From assembly GCA_041661685.1 (NCBI GenBank), contig JBAZTY010000002.1, forward strand, positions 29,126-93,125: a DNA stretch of 64,000 nt. The letters are read 5' to 3'. The DNA comes from Patescibacteria group bacterium (GTDB lineage: Bacteria > Patescibacteriota > Patescibacteriia > Patescibacteriales > UBA12465). Made by a program: the position numbers and the translations under genes. Shown one piece after another: positions 26,945-34,157 of the stretch (the stretch's first letter is position 1; every line of letters begins with the position of its first letter). Under the pieces are notes generated by a model. The model was not told where the DNA came from. It did not search any database and saw only the letters and a list, made by a program, of their open reading frames with translations.

Positions 26945-27397
26945 TTAGAAGGGGATATTCTCGACGCGGATCTCTTCGTCATCCATCGGTTCTTCCGGAA
27001 TCTCGATCACCGGTTCACTGGCATTATTGCCGGCTCTCGGGGCGCTGAAATTTCCATCGGTTGATCCGCCTTTGGTATCCAGCATAATCATATTATCGGC
27101 GACGATTTCCGTGCGATAGCGCTTAACGCCATCTTGTCCGGTCCAATCAGTCGTCTGCAGTCTGCCTTCGATATAGACTTTGGAGCCCTTATGGAGATAC
27201 TTGGAGCAGATTTCGGCGAGCTTGCGCCAGGCAATGATATTATGGAATTCGGTTTTTTTCTGCTGCTGGCCGCCCTGGTCAGTCCAGACTAAGTTAGTCG
27301 CGACTGAAAACGAAGCGACGCTCTGACCGGAAGGAGTATTTCTTAATTCCGGATCGCGAGTCAAATTTCCGATAATCATGGCTTTGTTTAAGTTCAT
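26945..27397 (-). CDS. ssb: Single-stranded DNA-binding protein
   Basis: 150 aa. MNLNKAMIIGNLTRDPELR OB-fold start, acidic tail ending in IPF. Confidence 0.9.
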   Translation of the reverse strand: MNLNKAMIIGNLTRDPELRNTPSGQSVASFSVATNLVWTDQGGQQQKKTEFHNIIAWRKLAEICSKYLHKGSKVYIEGRLQTTDWTGQDGVKRYRTEIVADNMIMLDTKGGSTDGNFSAPRAGNNASEPVIEIPEEPMDDEEIRVENIPF

Positions 27398-27432
27398 ATT
27401 TTTGGACTAGTCCTCAAGCGAGGACTAAATTA

Positions 27433-27954
27433 TTAAATTAAATCTTTGGCACTAAGAATGCCTTCTAATTTTTCGTCCAAATCTTTCAACTCCGCTCTCT
27501 TATCGCTCTTGTCGCTGACCTTAGAAGCGGTTGAAGACGGGGACGCGGTTTTTATTTTTTCTTCCTGCTTCTTGCTGTCAGCGGCTTTTTTAGAATCGAT
27601 TTTCGCGCGGATCTTCGCTTCCTTAGCGAGCGCTTCAGCAGATTTCGCCTTCTTGACGACAATCTGATGGCGCAAGACATCGGTAGATAAGCGAAGGGCA
27701 GTATCGATCTTAGCCAGATTTTTCCCTTCTAGATCAAATTCAAACAAGCTGTAATACCCGAAGGCATTATGTTTTATCTCGTAAGCCAGGCGTTTCTTGC
27801 CCCAATACTCACGTAAAGTGACGTTGCCGCCATTGTCAGCGATAATCTTTTCGACGCTCGCGCTGACGGTCTTAGCTTCATCGTCCGTGAATCTGTTCGG
27901 GAGGATGAAAAGCACCTCGTAATGGGTTGCCCCAGTTGTTTTGGTTTTTGACAT
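27433..27954 (-). CDS. rpsF: 30S ribosomal protein S6 with Lys/Glu-rich C-terminal extension
   Basis: 173 aa. HYEVLFILPN...REYWGKKRLAYEIKH...GYYSLFEF core, then a ~70-aa charged tail. Gene order is rpsF-ssb-rpsR. Confidence 0.85.
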   Translation of the reverse strand: MSKTKTTGATHYEVLFILPNRFTDDEAKTVSASVEKIIADNGGNVTLREYWGKKRLAYEIKHNAFGYYSLFEFDLEGKNLAKIDTALRLSTDVLRHQIVVKKAKSAEALAKEAKIRAKIDSKKAADSKKQEEKIKTASPSSTASKVSDKSDKRAELKDLDEKLEGILSAKDLI

Positions 27955-28160
27955 AGTTATTATAGTCTTAGGATATTGAAAATTATTTAAAGTTTTTTTA
28001 AATAATTTGTTTATACCCGCTTATTAAATAAAATCCCAAGTATTCTTACATAACTTGGGTTAAGAAGAATACCTTTAATTCCGTCTATTATTAGCGGAAT
28101 TATCCGAGCATTAAAGCCGGGATATGGGAAAGATATTAGTAAATATTAACTTATGAAAGT

Positions 28161-28189
28161 AATTTATCATAAAGCCGCTAAAATTACAA
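28161..28189 (-). promoter_or_regulatory. Candidate promoter of the rpsF-ssb-rpsR operon
   Basis: Reverse strand: TTGTAA (28189-28184), 17 nt, TAAATT (28166-28161). This implies a ~200-nt 5' leader. Confidence 0.4.
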
Positions 28190-28241
28190 GAGTCGTCAGG
28201 AGCGGCTATACTTATTCTTAAAACTATTATATTGTTATATT

Positions 28242-29426
28242 ATGAAATATTTCTTCGTTCTCGGAACTAATTCCGCCCTGTCCGCCGCCGAACTGGCAGC
28301 CGTGATGGATTTTAATGAACCGCGCCTCTTGGCAACGGATTTTTTAGTCGTAGATTCGCCGCGAGAGATAAATGCCGAGAATCTGATCAAACGCCTAGGA
28401 GGCACGATCAAGATTGGCCGAATTGAGGCGGAAATAAAATCCGGAGACGACAAGAATCTCGAGGCTGTATTGAGAAAGATGGCACTGGCGCGCCGCCAGG
28501 CCGGGACCGGTAGCAAATTTAATTTTGGTTTTTCCGATTATGGCAAGAGGGCGTTCAATAAGAAGGACTTGGGTTTGAAATTAAAAAAATATTTCAGTGA
28601 AGAAAACGTCAGCTCGCGTTTCGTCATCAGCCGAGAGAAGACCCTGTCCAGCGTCGTCGTCGCTCAGAATAAGCTCTTGAAGAATGGCATCGAGATAATT
28701 CTGGCCGGAGATGGAGATAATATCATTATCGGCGAAACCTTAGCGGTTCAGCCTTTCAAAGATTTGTCTTTACGCGACTTCGGCCGGCCGGCGCGCGATG
28801 ATATGAGCGGCATGCTGCCGCCGAAACTGGCACAGATTATGATTAATCTAGCTCAGGTTGACGATCTGAACGCCGTTTTGATTGATCCGTTTTGTGGTTC
28901 AGGCACTGTTATAAGTGAAGCGGTCATGATGGGGTATAAGCATTTATTCGCTTCAGATATATCCGCAAAAGCGGTTGAAGATACGCGTCGTAACGTTAAT
29001 TGGACCAAGGAACTATATAAGATTGAAGAGGTTAAGCTTAAGCTATTCGTCAAGAACACTTTAGATCTTTCTAAATTCATCAAAGGTGATTCTGTGGAAG
29101 CAATCATCACCGAGCCCTATCTAGGTCCCCAGAGAGGTCTGATCGCCTTCAAGACGGTTATCAGCAATCTTGAAGAGCTTTATTCCGGGTCATTAAAGGA
29201 GTTCCACAAGGTTTTACAATCAGGCGGCCGCGTCGTTATGATCTGGCCGATGTTCTACGGGCAGCGCCCCATGACTCCGGATTATTCCGGCTTCAAGCTG
29301 CTTAATATGATTCCGGAAAGTTTGAGAGAGAGCGAATTCATCAAGAAACATAATCGTGAAACTATAATCTACGGCCGCCCGGGTCAGAAAGTCTATCGCG
29401 AGATAGCTGTGCTCGAGAAGATCTAG
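28242..29426 (+). CDS. SAM-dependent RNA (guanine-N2/Trm11-UPF0020-like) methyltransferase
   Basis: 394 aa. SAM motif I LIDPFCGSGTVISEA and motif IV-like ITEPYLGP. Confidence 0.7.
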   Translation: MKYFFVLGTNSALSAAELAAVMDFNEPRLLATDFLVVDSPREINAENLIKRLGGTIKIGRIEAEIKSGDDKNLEAVLRKMALARRQAGTGSKFNFGFSDYGKRAFNKKDLGLKLKKYFSEENVSSRFVISREKTLSSVVVAQNKLLKNGIEIILAGDGDNIIIGETLAVQPFKDLSLRDFGRPARDDMSGMLPPKLAQIMINLAQVDDLNAVLIDPFCGSGTVISEAVMMGYKHLFASDISAKAVEDTRRNVNWTKELYKIEEVKLKLFVKNTLDLSKFIKGDSVEAIITEPYLGPQRGLIAFKTVISNLEELYSGSLKEFHKVLQSGGRVVMIWPMFYGQRPMTPDYSGFKLLNMIPESLRESEFIKKHNRETIIYGRPGQKVYREIAVLEKI

Positions 29427-29464
29427 ATAGTTAAGAATCTTGGAGTTATCGAATATGGGCAAAT

Positions 29465-29494
29465 AAAAAAGAGCTTCTTTTTAGGAGCTCTTTT
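29465..29494. terminator. Bidirectional intrinsic terminator between convergent genes
   Basis: 9-bp stem AAAAGAGCT / AGCTCTTTT. Overlaps the TAA (29493-29495) that closes the extended minus-strand reading frame. Confidence 0.65.
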
Positions 29495-30050
29495 AATAGT
29501 CTACGGTTGTTTTCCAAATTACGCCTTGTTCGGTGCAGCGGCATTTTTCTTTAAACCAGAATTTTCCGAAATCAATCAAGGCGCTGTTTAAGACGGGAAT
29601 TAGTGCCGCATCATAAAATTCGCTTAACTCTTGCGCTGTCGCAATAGCCTTTTTTTTCTCATAATCTCCGCGTTTGAAAACAACAGAACAGAATTTTCCC
29701 CAGACCGATATTTTAGAGCCGGAAAATTTTTTCTGATACTTTCACAGCCAGTGGTAATAGTTAGTGACCAGAGAATCTTCTTTAGCGACCAGCTCTCTGT
29801 ATTTTTCATATGATGGCCGGTAGTCGTCTTTGAAGTAACGAGAATCAAAAGTTTTAGCTTTCTCGAAAATATTCAATAGTCTTTTGTCGCCAGCGAGATA
29901 TTCTCTCGGGGTCTTTTTTCTAGAATCTCGTGAAAAACCGCCGTGTTCTCTCAATAACTTTTGGTTTATTTTTGAGTATTCTTCATCACTTTGGGAAAAT
30001 ATTGGCGAAGATAAGAGAAAAGATAATAACAGTATGATTATGGGCTTCAT
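29493..30050 (-). pseudogene. Secreted-protein ORF interrupted by one in-frame TGA (102 codons + TGA + 82 codons + TAA)
   Basis: The ORF track ends the gene at TGA 29744-29742. I translated the same frame codon by codon and it stays open for 82 more codons (KYQKKFSGSKISVWGKF...CRCTEQGVIWKTTVDY) to the TAA at 29495-29493, which abuts the terminator. The extension contains no Met codon. The N-terminus has a signal peptide, MKPIIILLLSFLLSSPIFSQ. Confidence 0.55.
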
Positions 30051-30149
30051 AGGTATGATATTTTTTGGTTTTAATGAACGAATGACGCTAAATCAATAAT
30101 TTTGCGTTCTCGTTACTTTATCATATTAGATGAATATTGTCAATAAATA

Positions 30150-30177
30150 AAAAAAGAGCCAAGCTGGCTCTTTTTAT
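30150..30177 (-). terminator. Intrinsic terminator downstream of ychF
   Basis: Stem AAGAGCCA / TGGCTCTT with 3-nt loop. The A-run on the plus strand gives a U-run on the minus transcript. Confidence 0.7.
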
Positions 30178-30195
30178 CGATATATTAGTCTAATT

Positions 30196-31260
30196 TTATC
30201 TATTTATTAGGAAATTAGCGACGTCTCCGTCTTGGAAGATATAATCTTTGCCTTCAGTCCTGATAAGTCCTAACTCCTTAGCCTTGGCTTCGCTGCCGCA
30301 TTCGACGAACTTTTCCCAATTAATGACCTCGGCCCTGATGAATCCTTTGATGAAGTCGGTATGGATGACGCCAGCTGCTTGCGGCGCTTTAGTGCCTTTC
30401 TTTATGGTCCAGGCTCTAGTTTCATCTGCTCCGGTCGTAAAGAAGGTTTCGAGACCTAGAGTATCATAGGCGCTCCTGATTAGCTTATCTAGGCCGCTCT
30501 GTTCTAATCCCAGCTCTTTAATGTATTCTATCTGGTCTTCTTCTGGAAGATTGGCAATTTCTTCTTCTAGTTTCACGTTAACTTTAATAACGGATTCTTT
30601 TGTCCCCGGAAGAACATCTCCGGAATGCCCCTCGTCGATATTTAAGAGATAGATCATCGGCTTGATGGTCAGGAGATTCAGGGTTTTGACGAAAATTATC
30701 TCTTCATCATCAAAAGTCATCTCTCGAGCTGCCTTTCCGGCAGCCAGATGTTCAAATATTTTTTCTAGGATCTTATTATTAGCAATAATTTCTTTGTCGC
30801 CGCTTTTAGCTTCCCGGCGGCTCTTGTCCAAACGTTTCTCGATAGTAGATAAATCGGCTAATATCAGCTCCGTATTGATAGTTTCTTTATCGCTAGCCGG
30901 ATTAACGCGCCCTTCGACATGAATAACATTCTCATCCTTAAAATCACGAACTACCTCGCAGATAGCGTCGCATTCTCTAATATGAGCTAAAAATTTGTTG
31001 CCAAGGCCCTCTCCTTTGGAGGCTCCAGCGACTAGGCCGGCAATATCAACGAATTCAATCGTAGTCGGGATGACCTTGGCTGGTTTTGAGACAGCCGCGA
31101 GCTTATCTAAGCGAAAATCAGGGACTTTGACGACCCCGACATTAGGATCAATGGTGCAGAAAGGGTAATTAGCCGCTTCTACGCCCTTTTTAGTTAAGAT
31201 ATTGAACAAGGTAGACTTGCCAACGTTCGGCAGGCCGACGATTCCGATTGATAATGACAT
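30196..31260 (-). CDS. ychF: Ribosome-binding ATPase YchF
   Basis: 354 aa. IGIVGLPNVGKSTLFN, DIAGLV.GAS.GEGLGN, C-terminal TGS-like domain. Confidence 0.9.
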   Translation of the reverse strand: MSLSIGIVGLPNVGKSTLFNILTKKGVEAANYPFCTIDPNVGVVKVPDFRLDKLAAVSKPAKVIPTTIEFVDIAGLVAGASKGEGLGNKFLAHIRECDAICEVVRDFKDENVIHVEGRVNPASDKETINTELILADLSTIEKRLDKSRREAKSGDKEIIANNKILEKIFEHLAAGKAAREMTFDDEEIIFVKTLNLLTIKPMIYLLNIDEGHSGDVLPGTKESVIKVNVKLEEEIANLPEEDQIEYIKELGLEQSGLDKLIRSAYDTLGLETFFTTGADETRAWTIKKGTKAPQAAGVIHTDFIKGFIRAEVINWEKFVECGSEAKAKELGLIRTEGKDYIFQDGDVANFLINR

Positions 31261-31280
31261 AGGTTTGTATATGTATCGCC

Positions 31281-31309
31281 AGTATAGCGATAATTTTGTT
31301 TTTTGCCAA
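31281..31309 (-). promoter_or_regulatory. ychF promoter
   Basis: Reverse strand: TTGGCA (31309-31304), 17 nt, TATACT (31286-31281). Confidence 0.55.
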
Positions 31310-31803
31310 CTAGACTGGTTTTTGAAAAAAAAGAGACCCAGATGGGCCCCTCTTTATATAAAAATGAATATAAATAATAGGCCGTCTCTGAGTCTCATCC
31401 CCAATTTGATAATCTTTTCTTTTTTTGATTATGTTTTATCGAGGATTTTGGCTCTTTGCTAACTTAAGCGCGTTTATTACCATCTTCTAGCAAATTTATT
31501 TTTATTTTAATTATTTTTGCTAATTTTTGATAAGATTTAGTAAAAATTTCTTTTTTGATTTTTATTAGATCTCATAGTTTTATATTAGCACTATGATTTG
31601 CTCAGAATTTTATCGATCATGTTAGCTCTGATCGTGATAAATGAAGATAGTTAATGAACTTATATTTATTATAGCACTTTTAAATATAGGGGTCAAATAT
31701 AGTAGACTTAAAGCCAATGTTTTTAATGTTTTTGCTAATATTTAATTAAATATTATTATTTTAACTTTTTAAGTCCAGGGTATTTTAGACTTAAATTGTG
31801 AGT

Positions 31804-31832
31804 TTATACACATAAAACACAAGTTATCCACA
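31804..31832 (+). promoter_or_regulatory. Two DnaA-box matches in direct orientation
   Basis: TTATACACA (31804-31812) fits TTATNCACA. TTATCCACA (31824-31832) is the perfect consensus. Both lie in a long AT-rich noncoding stretch. Confidence 0.35.
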
Positions 31833-31863
31833 GTTTTAGGGTATATTGAGGGCATAATTCTTT

Positions 31864-31896
31864 TAACAAAAATAATATCCTGTTCAGGATATTATT
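31864..31896 (-). terminator. Intrinsic terminator downstream of tRNA-Cys
   Basis: 11-bp stem AATAATATCCT / AGGATATTATT, loop GTTC. A U-rich run follows on the minus transcript. Confidence 0.65.
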
Positions 31897-31901
31897 TAGT
31901 G

Positions 31902-31975
31902 AGGCTTGGGTGGGAGTCGAACCCACGAATGACAGTTTTGCAAACTGTAGCGTTAGACCACTTCGCCACCAAGCC
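31902..31975 (-). tRNA. tRNA-Cys (anticodon GCA)
   Basis: Reverse strand. Acceptor GGCTTGG/CCAAGCC. Anticodon arm ACAGT-TTGCAAA-ACTGT. T-arm GTGGG-TTCGACT-CCCAC. 74 nt. Confidence 0.9.
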
Positions 31976-32033
31976 GGGATATTTGGCCAACTGCTATAGA
32001 AATAGCCGTTGGTTTCAACATTTGAATTCTAGC

Positions 32034-33167
32034 TTATCTTTTTTTAGTTGTAAACAGTTTTATCTTTTCGTCTGCAGGAATATCAAGTTTTTTGAGCAGC
32101 GCTTCTTTCTCTGGGCCGTCCGCCATTATTTCAGCCTGGCCGTAGTCCCGAATTTTTATAGGAATAAGCTCTATCTCTTCCCAGCCGTTGTTCTTCCAGC
32201 TTAACTTAGCTGCTAATCCTTGGCTGGTTTCTGATGACCACATCTGATCAAAGATAAGATTGCCGAGAGAATAGATAATCGGCTTGCCTTGGTATGATTC
32301 CCATGTCTGCGGCCAATGCGGATGATGGCCGATGACCAAGTCGGCGCCGGTTTCTATGGCCGCGTGGGCGAAAGCAACTTGCTGTTTATTCGGTTTAGTC
32401 GTGTATTCTTCACCGGCATGCATCATTACTATAATTACGTCAGCCTTCGTCTTTAAGTCCTGAATATCCGTCCCCATCTTATTGATATCCATACTAGCGA
32501 TGCCGGAGCGTTTGGATGTGGCGATCGAATTATCTTCTGGATAGGCATAATCCAGAAAGCCGAATCGCTTATTCTCGATAGTGAATATCTCCGGTTTGTG
32601 CGCCGTTTCTTCGCTCTCTCCAGCTCCGATTGTTCTTATTTTAGCCATAGACAATACTTCCTGCGTTTTTGCCAAGCCTTTCGCGCCTTGATTCATGATA
32701 TGGTTGTTAGCTAAAGCAGCGAGGTCTATGCCAGATTCTGTAAGCCCGACAATAGCTTCGGGATTAGCTTTAAACATGAAAGAGCCGGTCGGCACGAAAT
32801 AATCTTTAGATTCTAAGAAAGGCGACTCGAGATTTATTATTGTCAAATCAGCGGAACTTAGGAAATCGGCAATTTTAATGAATGGCCAAGAATAGTCTTT
32901 ATTTTTTTCTATCTTGTCATTGACGTGCCGGGAAAGCATCACGTCGCCGCCAAAGATGAGAGTGATTGGGCGGGGTTCTGGCACTGGCAGTTTTTGTCCG
33001 TTGTCAGGGTCGCGCTTTATGGAGGAAGGGAAAATATCCGATATCGTGCGGCTGATAGAATCAGGAGCGGCCGGAGAAACCGCTATCCGGAACAAGAAAA
33101 ATATCGCTAATACTGAAAGAATGGCGACTGAAATGATGATTATGATCTTTTTGATTTTGCTATCCAT
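32034..33167 (-). CDS. CapA-family (poly-gamma-glutamate capsule synthesis-like) metallophosphatase, membrane-anchored
   Basis: 377 aa. N-terminal TM. FGGDVMLSR, ANNH, MHAGEEY and GHHPHW motifs. Confidence 0.8.
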   Translation of the reverse strand: MDSKIKKIIIIISVAILSVLAIFFLFRIAVSPAAPDSISRTISDIFPSSIKRDPDNGQKLPVPEPRPITLIFGGDVMLSRHVNDKIEKNKDYSWPFIKIADFLSSADLTIINLESPFLESKDYFVPTGSFMFKANPEAIVGLTESGIDLAALANNHIMNQGAKGLAKTQEVLSMAKIRTIGAGESEETAHKPEIFTIENKRFGFLDYAYPEDNSIATSKRSGIASMDINKMGTDIQDLKTKADVIIVMMHAGEEYTTKPNKQQVAFAHAAIETGADLVIGHHPHWPQTWESYQGKPIIYSLGNLIFDQMWSSETSQGLAAKLSWKNNGWEEIELIPIKIRDYGQAEIMADGPEKEALLKKLDIPADEKIKLFTTKKR

Positions 33168-33227
33168 TATTATATTATAGCATTAAATCTAGGGTTTTGC
33201 TGGCAAAACTAAGAATAAGGAGTTAGA

Positions 33228-33256
33228 TTGACAATATTTAAAAAAATATATAAAAT
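33228..33256 (+). promoter_or_regulatory. Sigma70 promoter for tRNA-Glu
   Basis: TTGACA (33228-33233), 17 nt, TAAAAT (33251-33256). Confidence 0.6.
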
Positions 33257-33271
33257 AATCTTGCGATTTGA

Positions 33272-33343
33272 GGTCCCTTCGTCTAGTGGTTAGGACGTCA
33301 GGTTTTCATCCTGTTAACAGGGGTTCGATTCCCCTAGGGACTA
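33272..33343 (+). tRNA. tRNA-Glu (anticodon TTC)
   Basis: Acceptor GGTCCCT/AGGGACT (one G.T pair). Anticodon loop TTTTCAT. T-arm AGGGG-TTCGATT-CCCCT. 72 nt. Confidence 0.85.
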
Positions 33344-33355
33344 CATAATAAAAAA
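33339..33355 (+). repeat. 17-nt direct repeat, copy 1 (last 5 nt of tRNA-Glu plus 12 nt downstream)
   Basis: GACTACATAATAAAAAA, identical to 34090-34106. Confidence 0.6.
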
Positions 33356-33397
33356 CCCTGCTTATACGGCAGAGTTTTTTTGTGAACACTTATTTTT

Positions 33398-33937
33398 TTA
33401 TTTTTTCGCTTCAGCTAGTTCTCTTTGACGATCACTTAGCCAATTATCCCAAGTGGCGAGATATTGCGGAAAACTCAATTTATTCTCCACAATATGATTA
33501 AGCCATTTTTCGGCTTTAGGGATATCACTCTTTAGGGCATTTCTGAAACCTTTAGTATCGGCAAAGCCAAATTTTTCTTGCAATTCAGCTTGTGCTTCTT
33601 CTTTAGTCCGATGCTCCATTTTTTCCAAACTTCCATCGCTCTTTAATTGCTTATAAAGTTCGATATCTTTTTGGCGGTCGCTTAACCAGGAATCCCAGGT
33701 GGATGCGTATTGAGGAAAACTTTCCTTGTTTTCTACAATGTAATTTAGCCATTCTTCAGCTAATTCAATTTTGCCTTGTTGTAAGGCCAACTGAAAGTCT
33801 GAAGTTTTTCTCAGCCCAAATTTTTCGATTAATTCTTGCTGAGCCTCTTCTTTAGTCCTTTTTGTTTCCATCTTTTCCTCCGGTTTTTGTTGATTTATAA
33901 AAGAATTTTCACTTGATTTGTTTCCAAATAATCCCAT
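33398..33937 (-). CDS. Hypothetical protein made of two ~75-aa tandem repeats
   Basis: 179 aa. KRTKEEAQQELIEKFGL...AEEWLNYIVENKESFPQYASTWDSWLSDRQKD is repeated as HRTKEEAQAELQEKFGF...AEKWLNHIVENKLSFPQYLATWDNWLSDRQRE. Confidence 0.6.
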   Translation of the reverse strand: MGLFGNKSSENSFINQQKPEEKMETKRTKEEAQQELIEKFGLRKTSDFQLALQQGKIELAEEWLNYIVENKESFPQYASTWDSWLSDRQKDIELYKQLKSDGSLEKMEHRTKEEAQAELQEKFGFADTKGFRNALKSDIPKAEKWLNHIVENKLSFPQYLATWDNWLSDRQRELAEAKK

Positions 33938-34089
33938 AGTTTTGTAATTAAGTTTATTTATCGAACTATATTGTTATTTTAACATAAATTGACCGAAAAG
34001 TAAACCTATCTTATCTTATCCAAAACTTCCGCCCACCTCTCAATTTCCCCAATAATCTCGTCAAAATTTTGAGAAATATCAGACTTTAA

Positions 34090-34106
34090 GACTACATAAT
34101 AAAAAA
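34090..34106 (+). repeat. 17-nt direct repeat, copy 2
   Basis: GACTACATAATAAAAAA, followed like copy 1 by a hairpin plus T-run (ATACTCAAC/GTTGGGTAT). Confidence 0.6.
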
Positions 34107-34157
34107 TACTCAACATTTGTTGGGTATTTTTTAATAAAATTAAATTTCGGCAAAAAA

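Noticed and set aside
29742-29744. Selenocysteine, or a reassigned genetic code (TGA as Gly/Trp), as the explanation for the in-frame TGA
   Set aside because: There is no redox-type context around the TGA and only a weak AT hairpin downstream. All long genes in the window (up to 1146 codons) are intact under the standard code. The TGA at 40160 is followed directly by a terminator, so TGA functions as a stop here. Local read-through or a nonsense mutation remains possible.
31202-31462. 86-aa plus-strand ORF spanning the ychF start and the AT-rich intergenic region
   Set aside because: It overlaps the ychF start codon and promoter. It has low-complexity AT-rich codons, and I see no convincing start context.
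31641-31745. 34-codon hydrophobic ORF (MKIVNELIFIIALLNIGVKYSRLKANVFNVFANI) in the AT-rich noncoding stretch
   Set aside because: It has no Shine-Dalgarno sequence or convincing promoter, and ORFs of this length arise easily. I kept it only as a note under the AT-rich-region finding.
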